A stretch of 14,926 bases of DNA from Nanobdellota archaeon (GCA_038046345.1 JBBSWJ010000024.1:1-14926); one strand, 5' to 3'. Shown: positions 1 to 6,934, numbered from the stretch's first letter. Made by a program: numbers and translations. The notes: generated by a model not told the origin, from the letters alone.

Positions 1-216
1 AAAACTTGAGTATAAATCTTTAAAAAATTTAAATCTTGACATGTCTATAACTTTTACTAAAATCTTTTCTTTTGGATTATCAATTAATGAGAATTCAATT
101 TCGTCTCCGATTGATACCTTTTGTCTTTTATCATCAAATAACCTAACCTCAATAATTTTTCTTTTTTCTTTGATTCTGGAAAATGGTTCTTTAAATAACT
201 TCATTCGGTGCCTCAT
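1..216 (-). CDS. ASCH (PUA-like) domain protein, 3' end runs off the window; absent from the ORF track
   Basis: Manual translation MRHRMKLFKEPFSRIKEKRKIIEVRLFDDKRQKVSIGDEIEF... matches the ASCH pattern H-x-MKL...K-x-IE-x-RL-x-D-x-KR...GD-x-I-x-F. A GGGAGG Shine-Dalgarno lies about 10 nt upstream of the ATG at 216. Confidence 0.85.
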   Translation of the reverse strand, partial: MRHRMKLFKEPFSRIKEKRKIIEVRLFDDKRQKVSIGDEIEFSLIDNPKEKILVKVIDMSRFKFFKDLYSSF

Positions 217-403
217 AAAGGTCTAACCTCCCAATTAGTTTTTTAAATTTATTTGCATCAAAATTACAATATGATTGCGGAGGAGCAAATCCGTAAAATC
301 CATCTTTTAGTTCACTCAATGTAATTGGATTTATTCTTCTTGACTTCACAACGTGAAGTGCATAGCCTTCATAGTGGCTAATAACTTGGTTTAGACGTGA
401 CGT
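191..403 (-). pseudogene. 5'-truncated remnant of a PUA/ASCH-like (COG4933-type) gene
   Basis: Open frame with no ATG, preceded by an in-frame stop at 406-404: TSRLNQVISHYEGYALHVVKSRRINPITLSELKDGFYGFAPPQSYCNF... The GYA...PITLSEL...F-x-PPQSY pattern resembles the C-terminus of COG4933-like proteins. Confidence 0.6.
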
Positions 404-418
404 TTACTTTACAGCTCA

Positions 419-1513
419 CTAATTATTCTTTTTTTCACCAGCAGGGTATATCACTTCCATATGCGGGTAAGCAATATGTATATCCCCAGAAGTTTTTATA
501 GCTTCCAAAAATTTAATATTAATAACAGTCCTATTCTTCTTAATCTCATTATAAGGCGTTAAAAACTGAGCAATAAGAACCAGAGAAGAATCAGCCATTT
601 CTAAACGTATTTTAGGATTAAATTCCTCGCTTAAATGCTTTAACTCTTTGATCTCTTCCTTAATCTCAGAATGCTCTCTTTTCAAACGTTCTTCCTCTTT
701 ATGATCGGTCATGCCTGAAGAAAGAAATTCATTCAACTTCTTACTTGACTGCCTTTTAAACTGTATATACGAATTAATGTTTGTAGTAATGCGCTTTATA
801 ATTACATCCTCTAATATTTGCATAGCACTTTTATAGTTACTCTCATAAGTAATGGAGATAGTTAATTCATCTAACACATAATTAGATCCTTTGTTAAAAT
901 TTGATACATCAGTGGTCAATACCATCTCATTAGGAACTGTAACTATTTTCTGATCCTGCACATCAGAATTCTCAAGAAGGCTATACAAAACAGTATTCAT
1001 TAACTGAATTTCCTTTACATCACCACGTATATTTCCAATTTTAATACGATCACCCTCATTGTACAGATCATTTAGAATAATTGTTAACCATCCAACCATA
1101 TTAAGTATAGGTTTCTGCAAAGCAAAAGTTAATCCTAAACCAATTAAACCAACAGAAGCAATAATTGTAGCGAAATTATTTACTAAAATAAAAATTGAGA
1201 TGACTACCCATATTAATAAAATGATATACCGAATAAAATTATTAATACTAGCAATACGCCCAGCACTATACCCTTGTTTTTTGTACCAAGAAGAAACTAA
1301 TGAACTAATGATCCATTCAAATACCTTAAAAAGCACAAATAACAAAAGCAGAACTAATATTTTAGGAATTAAACTAACAAGGCCTGGCTTAATCATAAAT
1401 ATATCAAAAATAGAGGAAAATGCTTCAAGCTTAAGCATAACAAAAAGGAGAATTAAAGAAAGAATAAGCAAGCTACTTACAAATATTATAGATTTTATTT
1501 TTTTATGATCCAT
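419..1513 (-). CDS. mscS: Small-conductance mechanosensitive channel (MscS family)
   Basis: N-terminal TM helices, pore helix VGLIGLGLTFALQKPILN, GDRIKIGNIRGDV beta domain, VPN motif and C-terminal IAYPH. Confidence 0.93.
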   Translation of the reverse strand: MDHKKIKSIIFVSSLLILSLILLFVMLKLEAFSSIFDIFMIKPGLVSLIPKILVLLLLFVLFKVFEWIISSLVSSWYKKQGYSAGRIASINNFIRYIILLIWVVISIFILVNNFATIIASVGLIGLGLTFALQKPILNMVGWLTIILNDLYNEGDRIKIGNIRGDVKEIQLMNTVLYSLLENSDVQDQKIVTVPNEMVLTTDVSNFNKGSNYVLDELTISITYESNYKSAMQILEDVIIKRITTNINSYIQFKRQSSKKLNEFLSSGMTDHKEEERLKREHSEIKEEIKELKHLSEEFNPKIRLEMADSSLVLIAQFLTPYNEIKKNRTVINIKFLEAIKTSGDIHIAYPHMEVIYPAGEKKNN

Positions 1514-1566
1514 GAGATTAAAAATAAATATCTATTTAAAAACATTATTAACTCACTTTGAATAAA

Positions 1567-2187
1567 TCATCGCAGAACAGACAAAGTATCAATAATAAAC
1601 TGAATGCCTATTACTATCACAATAAGCCCCATCAAACGCTCAATAACATTAATACCTGTCTCGCCAAGCTTTTTTAATATGTTAACATTAATCAAAACAA
1701 AGTAAGAAATAAAACTAATCAAAACAATAACAACAGCTAAACCAAACCAATTAATTAATCCAGAGGATTCTGATAATAATACTAGCAGGGTAGCAATAGC
1801 TCCAGGACCGCTAAGCATAGGAAGAGCAAGCGGTACAACCGCAATATCTTCACGCCGTTTAGTATCTTTTTCCTCAGACTTACCCTGCCTATTATAAGGC
1901 AGCGGATTAATCATCTTAAACCCAATAAAAGATACTAACAATCCACCAGCAATCCTAAATGATTCAAGAGTAATATCAAAAAATTTAAAGATCAAAGAAC
2001 CAGAAATTAAAAAGAACAATAAAATCAATGCAGAAATAACAGAAGCCTTCTTTGCAACTCTAATTCGCTCTTTAGAAGAAAGCTTAGCAGATAAACCCAC
2101 AAAAATAAGACCAGTACTAAACGGATTAATAATAGCAAAAAGACCAATAAATGCACCCCACAAAAAACCCCACTCCACAAGCCCCAT
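1567..2187 (-). CDS. marC: MarC family inner membrane protein (start moved from 2280 to 2187; 2196 also possible)
   Basis: LFAIINPF, FRIAGGLL, IAVVPLALPMLSGPGAIAT and IERLMGLI...GIQF motifs. A BRE/TATA (GAAAAG-TTAATAA, about 2210-2223) sits about 23 nt upstream of the ATG at 2187. Confidence 0.9.
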   Translation of the reverse strand: MGLVEWGFLWGAFIGLFAIINPFSTGLIFVGLSAKLSSKERIRVAKKASVISALILLFFLISGSLIFKFFDITLESFRIAGGLLVSFIGFKMINPLPYNRQGKSEEKDTKRREDIAVVPLALPMLSGPGAIATLLVLLSESSGLINWFGLAVVIVLISFISYFVLINVNILKKLGETGINVIERLMGLIVIVIGIQFIIDTLSVLR

Positions 2188-2369
2188 AACTTTCATAAAC
2201 AATTTATGCTTATTAACTTTTCCACAAGCGCGGCCCATCCTAATCCTAAAGGCATGTAAATAGTTTTCCCGTAGAGACATAAAATTTCCAAGGAAAAAAA
2301 TATTTTACAATACTTAAAACAACTCTAATCTTATTAGCGCAGCTTTTCCAAAAACTTCTTCATAAACTG

Positions 2370-2546
2370 TTATATAGCTAAAATCGCGCTTATATCTTTG
2401 TATAACATCTTGTAGTATTGATGGGCCCAATTTGCCTTGGATACCAATGGATCATAACCATGTTCAGCTAATGGATCGCCTAGTTCGGCTTCGGGATTAT
2501 CAATAATAATATGTTTAGCCACCCTGATTATATTTTCATCACTCAT
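2370..2546 (-). CDS. Small hypothetical protein (58 aa from MSDEN), possibly a frameshifted remnant
   Basis: TATA box TTTATAAA at 2570-2577 lies about 24 nt upstream of the ATG at 2546. No family recognised. Confidence 0.45.
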   Translation of the reverse strand: MSDENIIRVAKHIIIDNPEAELGDPLAEHGYDPLVSKANWAHQYYKMLYKDISAILAI

Positions 2547-2697
2547 TATCAAATAGAACATAAGACCGGTTTATAAATATTTTGGTTAATTTACAATTTA
2601 ATAGTAATACCTATATTTCCTATAATTTTGTACCAGAAAAATAGCACAAACCTCCTCCCGAAATATGCTGATTATTATTCTTTCTACTACATAAACC

Positions 2698-3072
2698 TTA
2701 CCCAGAATTTGGACGTTTAAAACTGCCAGCAACATCAATTATGTATTTGCCATCCTCCACACGATAAACCAGCGGCTTACCATGAAATAACTCCACTATA
2801 TCCAGCTCATACTTACCAGGAGTCAAAATACGAATAGACTCAAGATCAAGTATAACCGGCTTATCAATATCTTCTAAACCAATAATATCAATAACATCAC
2901 TTTCAATCTGAATTTTATCTTCATCAGTAAGATTGCTAGTAATGTTTTTAGCATCCTCAATGTCTTTCTTCTTCATAAAAAAGAAAAATCTACCACCACA
3001 AGAACAACCAGCCAATATTTCATTAGCTCCATCATCATACAACTTAGTGCAGCGAACACATTGATGCGGCAT
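2698..3072 (-). CDS. arvC: Zn-ribbon protein, DUF2072/COG3364 (ArvC/OapC)
   Basis: MPHQCVRC...GCSCGGRFFFF, ESIRILTPGKYELDI and DGKYIID motifs. TAATG-coupled to the upstream gene. Confidence 0.88.
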   Translation of the reverse strand: MPHQCVRCTKLYDDGANEILAGCSCGGRFFFFMKKKDIEDAKNITSNLTDEDKIQIESDVIDIIGLEDIDKPVILDLESIRILTPGKYELDIVELFHGKPLVYRVEDGKYIIDVAGSFKRPNSG

Positions 3073-3458
3073 TAACCCAGCCTCCGCCTTCTATAACCCG
3101 TGGTTAATAACTGAACTTTATTAGGATCACGCTTAATTTCCTTAATGATAGTAGCAGGACCAATAACAGTCATACCACGCCTGTCACCTATCAAAAGACT
3201 TGCAAATAACAAACGAAGTTTAGTGAGCAAACGCTCATTACTTCTGCTCTGATCAAGTGTACAAAGCTCAATACCCTTAAAATCTTTAGAAATATCCTCC
3301 ATAGTTTTCTCTATTAACTGAGTTTCTTCTTCAGGGCGCAGCCTACCCTCAACAAGAACAATCTTATTATCTTTTACTTCATCAATAATCCTTTTTATAC
3401 GCTGACGTGAATTAAGCCGCTGTAGTTCATGAAACTGAATGAATTGCAAAGTTAACAT
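3072..3458 (-). CDS. arvB: DUF2073 family protein (ArvB/OapB)
   Basis: KIVLVEGRLRPEEETQLIEKTM, FKGIEL and GMTVIGPATIIKEIKRDP motifs. Lies between the GTPase and the Zn-ribbon gene with TAATG overlaps on both sides. Confidence 0.88.
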   Translation of the reverse strand: MLTLQFIQFHELQRLNSRQRIKRIIDEVKDNKIVLVEGRLRPEEETQLIEKTMEDISKDFKGIELCTLDQSRSNERLLTKLRLLFASLLIGDRRGMTVIGPATIIKEIKRDPNKVQLLTTGYRRRRLG

Positions 3459-4090
3459 TATCTTACCACCCCAAACAATGACTCATAAAACTCCTCCATA
3501 TTCCTACCAGTTTCCGCAGAAATCCCAACAACATCATACTGAGGAAAAGCATCCTCTACTTTTTTAACATTAGCTTTTTTAAGATCAGTCTTATTAGCAA
3601 TAATTAAAACAGGAATCTTTCTAGCAGCAAGATTACCAATTATAGTGATATTAACCTGGGAATAAGGATTAACAGTAGCATCAAGAACAACTAAAACACA
3701 ATCCATGTTATCAAGCCACTTAATAGCCTCAATAACACCCTTAGTAGCATCCTTAGCCCTTAACTTGGCCTCCTTTCGGCTAAGCCTGTACTTAAGAAAA
3801 TCCTCATAATCAATCTTAGTAGCAATACCAGGAGTATCAACAAGATTAAAAGATAAAGTCTTACCACGACGCTTAATATCTATTTTTTCTTTAACAATAA
3901 TCTCCCTTGTCTCATGCGGTATCTTAGAAACAGTACTCATCTCTTCCCCAAGCCAATCTTTAGAAATACGATTTGCAAGAGTACTCTTTCCTGCGTTCGG
4001 AGGTCCATACAAGCCAAGACGCAACTGTCTTTTATTACGAAAAATTTTAGAGATAGTTCTCCTAATAAATGCGCTTATTTTATTGATCAT
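3458..4090 (-). CDS. arvA: Small Era-like/Ras-superfamily GTPase (ArvA/OapA)
   Basis: G1 GPPNAGKS, G2 region PHET, G3 DTPG, G4 NKTD and G5 SAE are present. First gene of the conserved GTPase-DUF2073-DUF2072 triad. Confidence 0.9.
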   Translation of the reverse strand: MINKISAFIRRTISKIFRNKRQLRLGLYGPPNAGKSTLANRISKDWLGEEMSTVSKIPHETREIIVKEKIDIKRRGKTLSFNLVDTPGIATKIDYEDFLKYRLSRKEAKLRAKDATKGVIEAIKWLDNMDCVLVVLDATVNPYSQVNITIIGNLAARKIPVLIIANKTDLKKANVKKVEDAFPQYDVVGISAETGRNMEEFYESLFGVVR

Positions 4091-4311
4091 TCATAACACC
4101 ACTTCTTAATATCTTAAAAATAGCTCTAAGCAATATAAACATTTCGGTGGTTTAATAAAGATTTAAAGAGAATACTTTATGTGCTAACATGGGATTAAAC
4201 GAGATAAGCCGGTTATATAGAAAATTAGCGCTATTTCTTTAAATTAAAACACAACGATTTATACTGCTATATCCCGCATAACTATATAAATACTCACATG
4301 ACCACTAAAAT

Positions 4312-4605
4312 ATGGTAGAACAACTTAATAGATCGGGGTGGTATAATTATCTGTTTGGGGTTGTACTCTTCCTCGGACTTATTGGAGGTGATATATGTGG
4401 TTCAATTAATCCAGGGTATAGTGTGCATCCAGCAAGGGTTTATAACGAACGTATTGACCAAAATGATTCAAAAGATATAGTAGTATTCGATGGTCGTGGA
4501 GAACATTATATCTTTTTATTTGATGGGGAAAAATTTGTTAGACTTGAAGAATTGCAGAAAGCAGAAAAAGATTCTTTAGAAGCTAAAATTGCAGAGCTGA
4601 AATAA
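4312..4605 (+). CDS. Hypothetical membrane-anchored or secreted protein
   Basis: One hydrophobic N-terminal segment (YLFGVVLFLGLIGG), an IDQNDSKDIVV loop and a charged helical tail. TATA box TATATAAA at 4283-4290. Confidence 0.7.
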   Translation: MVEQLNRSGWYNYLFGVVLFLGLIGGDICGSINPGYSVHPARVYNERIDQNDSKDIVVFDGRGEHYIFLFDGEKFVRLEELQKAEKDSLEAKIAELK

Positions 4606-4626
4606 AATTTTTCTTATCTAAAACTA

Positions 4627-4834
4627 ACTTTACAGCTAACAGCAAAGTATATAATATTTAGGCATAAACAAACCGCATGGACACAGAAAGACCTGTTGGC
4701 CCACCAAAAGAAATAAAAAAAATAAATGATTTTACATGGGAATTACCAACAAGCTACAAAAAAGGAATGAATGTACCCGCAAGAATCATAGCAAGTGAAA
4801 AACTATTAAAACAAATGGACTTCGGAGTTTTTGA
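4627..4834 (+). repeat. Direct repeat copy 1: rtcB promoter plus 5' coding region (208 bp)
   Basis: Aligns ungapped to 5409-5616 (offset 782) with 7 mismatches in 208 bp. Confidence 0.97.
4648..4655 (+). promoter_or_regulatory. TATA box of the duplicated rtcB promoter
   Basis: CAGCAAAG-TATATAAT, 21 nt before the ATG at 4677; one base differs from the copy at 5430. Confidence 0.6.
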
Positions 4835-4850
4835 TTACTATTGTCTATAA
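4677..4850 (+). pseudogene. rtcB: Truncated rtcB 5' fragment (57 codons; 53 identical to RtcB, then YYCL-stop)
   Basis: MDTERPVGPPKEIKKINDFTWELPTSYKKGMNVPARIIASEKLLKQMDFGVFD-YYCL*; too short for the ORF track. Confidence 0.93.
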
Positions 4851-4887
4851 ATTTATTGGCAAAGCCAAACAAGAAGCAGGAGACAAT
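4840..4887. other. Nested inverted repeats in the junction spacer (possible terminator or element end)
   Basis: ATTGTCT (4840-4846) pairs with AGACAAT (4881-4887), enclosing the hairpin TTGGC-AAA-GCCAA (4856-4868). Confidence 0.4.
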
Positions 4888-4891
4888 TTCA

Positions 4892-5146
4892 TTAGTATAC
4901 TCTTTCTCTTTTATCAACTTTCACAACAACAATTCTCTTTTCTTCATGATTAACTCTGTAAAGTGCACGATAATCTCCAACTCTTACTCTGAATATTGGC
5001 TCGTTATATCCCTGCACTCTTTTTGAATCATGAGGGATAGGATTAATCTTGAGCTCCTCTAATTTCTTAATAATTCTATCAAAAAGAATCTTTTCGCATT
5101 TTCTGAGAAACTTATCAGCCTGTTTATCCAGCGTTATTTCGAACAT
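4892..5146 (-). CDS. relE: RelE/ParE-superfamily (RelE/StbE-type) ribosome-dependent mRNase toxin
   Basis: 84 aa with A-x-KFL, RII-x-KL-x-EL-x-x-NP, FRVRVGDYRALY and C-terminal KRERVY. Overlaps the upstream acidic gene by 23 bp. Confidence 0.92.
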   Translation of the reverse strand: MFEITLDKQADKFLRKCEKILFDRIIKKLEELKINPIPHDSKRVQGYNEPIFRVRVGDYRALYRVNHEEKRIVVVKVDKRERVY

Positions 5147-5327
5147 TCTTAAGTTTATCTAAAGACGTGAGTTTTCCAGCTTTTTCGTTTACAATACTTT
5201 CATCAAGAAGTTTTTTTTCTTCTGCAGTTAATATTATGTCAGCGTCTACCATATGGACTTTAATGTAGTGTAATTCCTCTTTAATACTTTTAAGTTCGTC
5301 CATTATCTGCTTGGTTTCGGTTGTCAT
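5124..5327 (-). CDS. Putative cognate antitoxin (67 aa; start moved from TTG 5378 to ATG 5327)
   Basis: Small protein with an acidic core (ILTAEEKKLLDES...GKLTSLD) directly upstream of and overlapping relE. BRE-TATA spacing supports the ATG at 5327. Confidence 0.8.
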   Translation of the reverse strand: MTTETKQIMDELKSIKEELHYIKVHMVDADIILTAEEKKLLDESIVNEKAGKLTSLDKLKNVRNNAG

Positions 5328-5347
5328 AGCGGGTATAAGCCGGGCTG

Positions 5348-5364
5348 ATTTATATTGTTTTCGG
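5348..5364 (-). promoter_or_regulatory. BRE-TATA promoter of the antitoxin-toxin operon
   Basis: Minus strand CCGAAAAC-AATATAAAT ends about 20 nt before the ATG at 5327 (leaderless spacing). Confidence 0.65.
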
Positions 5365-5408
5365 CTATTTTTTGACAACCATCCTTTTGAACAAAATAAC
5401 CACCGCTT

Positions 5409-5616
5409 ACTTTACAGGCAACAGCAAAGTTTATAATATTTAGGCATAAACAAACCGCATGGACACTGAAAGACCTGTTGGCCCACCAAAAGAAATAAAA
5501 AAAATAAATGATTTTACCTGGGAATTACCAACAAGCTACAAAAAAGGAATGAATGTACCAGCAAGAATCATAGCAAGTGAAAAACTATTAAAACAAATGG
5601 ACTTTGGAGTTTTTGA
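5409..5616 (+). repeat. Direct repeat copy 2: promoter and 5' end of the intact rtcB
   Basis: 201/208 identical to 4627-4834. Confidence 0.97.
5422..5437 (+). promoter_or_regulatory. BRE-TATA promoter of rtcB-archease
   Basis: CAGCAAAG-TTTATAAT, 21 nt before the ATG at 5459. Confidence 0.65.
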
Positions 5617-6934
5617 CCAAGTAAGCAATGTAGCATGCCTTAAAGGAATTCAAAAACAAGCATTTTGCATGCCAGACGGACACTGGGGATACGGATTCCC
5701 CATAGGCGGAGTTGCAGCTATGGACACAAGTGACGGAGTAATCAGCCCTGGGGGTATTGGTTTTGATATTAATTGCGGCATGCGACTAGTTAGAACCAAT
5801 CTAACTTTAACAGATGCAAAATCAAAATTAAAAGAGCTTAATGATGAGCTATTCAAAACAGTCCCAGCAGGAGTCGGATGCAAAGGTATAGTAAAATTAA
5901 ATAAAACACAGTTTAAGACAATATGCAATGAAGGATCTAAATGGTGCGTTGAAAATGGCTACGGTAATAAAAATGACATTAAAAAAACAGAATCACATGG
6001 AAGAATAGAACAAGCAGATCCATCAAAAATTTCTGATAAAGTAATAAAAAGAGGATTAGCACAACTCGGAACACTTGGCTCAGGCAATCATTATTTAGAA
6101 GTACAAGTCGCACATAAAGACGCAATATACAATCAAAAAATAGCAAAAACATTTGGCATAACAAAACCAGAACAAATAGTAATCATGTGCCACTGCGGAT
6201 CAAGAGGCACCGGCCACCAAGTTGCAACAGACTACCTAAAAATGTTTGATAACGTAATGAACAAGTATAAACTTACAGTAAACGACAGAGAACTGTCATG
6301 CGCACCATTCTCAAGCAGCGAAGGACAAGATTATTTTAAAGCAATGGCCTGCGCAGCAAATATGGCATTCGCAAACAGACAAGTAATCATGCATAGAATC
6401 AGAGAAGCATTTATGAAAATATTTGATATGAGCGAAAGCGATCTAGGATTAGAACTAATATACGATGTAGCACATAACATTGCAAAAGTTGAAACACATA
6501 AAATAGACGGAAGCATGAAAGAAGTAATAGTACACAGAAAAGGCGCAACAAGAGCATTTGGACCGGGAGAAAAAGAACTACCAGCAGAATATCAAGAAGC
6601 TGGACAACCAATAATACTCGGAGGAAGCATGGAAACAGGATCATTCTTACTAGCAGGAACACAAACAGCAATGGACGAAACATTTGGAAGCACCGCACAT
6701 GGCAGCGGCAGAACAATGAGCAGAACAAAAGCAAAACACGAAGTTAACGGCGAAGAACTTCAAAAGAACATGGAAAAAAGAGGAATATATGTTAGAACAA
6801 AAAGCATGGCAGGACTTGCAGAAGAAGCTGGAATAGCCTATAAACCAATTTCAGATGTAGTAGACTCATTAGAAGGAGCTGGAATAAGCAAGAAAGTAGC
6901 AGGATTAACCCCACTAACAAATGTAAAAGGATAA
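5459..6934 (+). CDS. rtcB: RtcB 3'-phosphate/2',3'-cyclic-phosphate:5'-OH RNA ligase (tRNA-splicing ligase)
   Basis: PDGHWGYGFPIGG, GGIGFDINCGMR, GTLGSGNHYLEVQ, HCGSRG, YDVAHN, HRKGAT and STAHGSGR (guanylylated His) motifs are all intact. Confidence 0.98.
   Translation: MDTERPVGPPKEIKKINDFTWELPTSYKKGMNVPARIIASEKLLKQMDFGVFDQVSNVACLKGIQKQAFCMPDGHWGYGFPIGGVAAMDTSDGVISPGGIGFDINCGMRLVRTNLTLTDAKSKLKELNDELFKTVPAGVGCKGIVKLNKTQFKTICNEGSKWCVENGYGNKNDIKKTESHGRIEQADPSKISDKVIKRGLAQLGTLGSGNHYLEVQVAHKDAIYNQKIAKTFGITKPEQIVIMCHCGSRGTGHQVATDYLKMFDNVMNKYKLTVNDRELSCAPFSSSEGQDYFKAMACAANMAFANRQVIMHRIREAFMKIFDMSESDLGLELIYDVAHNIAKVETHKIDGSMKEVIVHRKGATRAFGPGEKELPAEYQEAGQPIILGGSMETGSFLLAGTQTAMDETFGSTAHGSGRTMSRTKAKHEVNGEELQKNMEKRGIYVRTKSMAGLAEEAGIAYKPISDVVDSLEGAGISKKVAGLTPLTNVKG

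Noticed and set aside
2591-2659. Strong Shine-Dalgarno-like GGGAGGAGG followed by an 18-codon GTG ORF (2647-2591)
   Set aside because: Too short, with no other support; cannot be distinguished from chance or decay.
2851-4217. Exact 15-bp inverted match (2851-2865 vs 4203-4217) that could suggest an invertible arv segment
   Set aside because: One copy is inside arvC coding sequence, so inversion would break the gene. A single 15-mer match in 15 kb of AT-rich DNA is plausible by chance.
4091-4311. Possible replication origin beside oapABC
   Set aside because: No cdc6/orc1 gene and no ORB-like TTCCAGTGGAA or G-string repeats are visible.
4956-4964. Reverse copy of the motif core (CTGTAAAGT) inside relE
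   Set aside because: It lies in the conserved ALYRV codons and lacks the GCTAAC half. Treated as chance, and it shows the 9-mer alone is weak evidence.
4174-5430. Integron attC/attI interpretation of the GCTAAC (GTTAGC) motifs
   Set aside because: No paired RYYYAAC...GTTRRRY boxes with L boxes were found, and there is no intI in the window.
5459-6934. Intein in RtcB, as found in some Thermococcales
   Set aside because: The DINCG motif is contiguous and the 491-aa length is normal.
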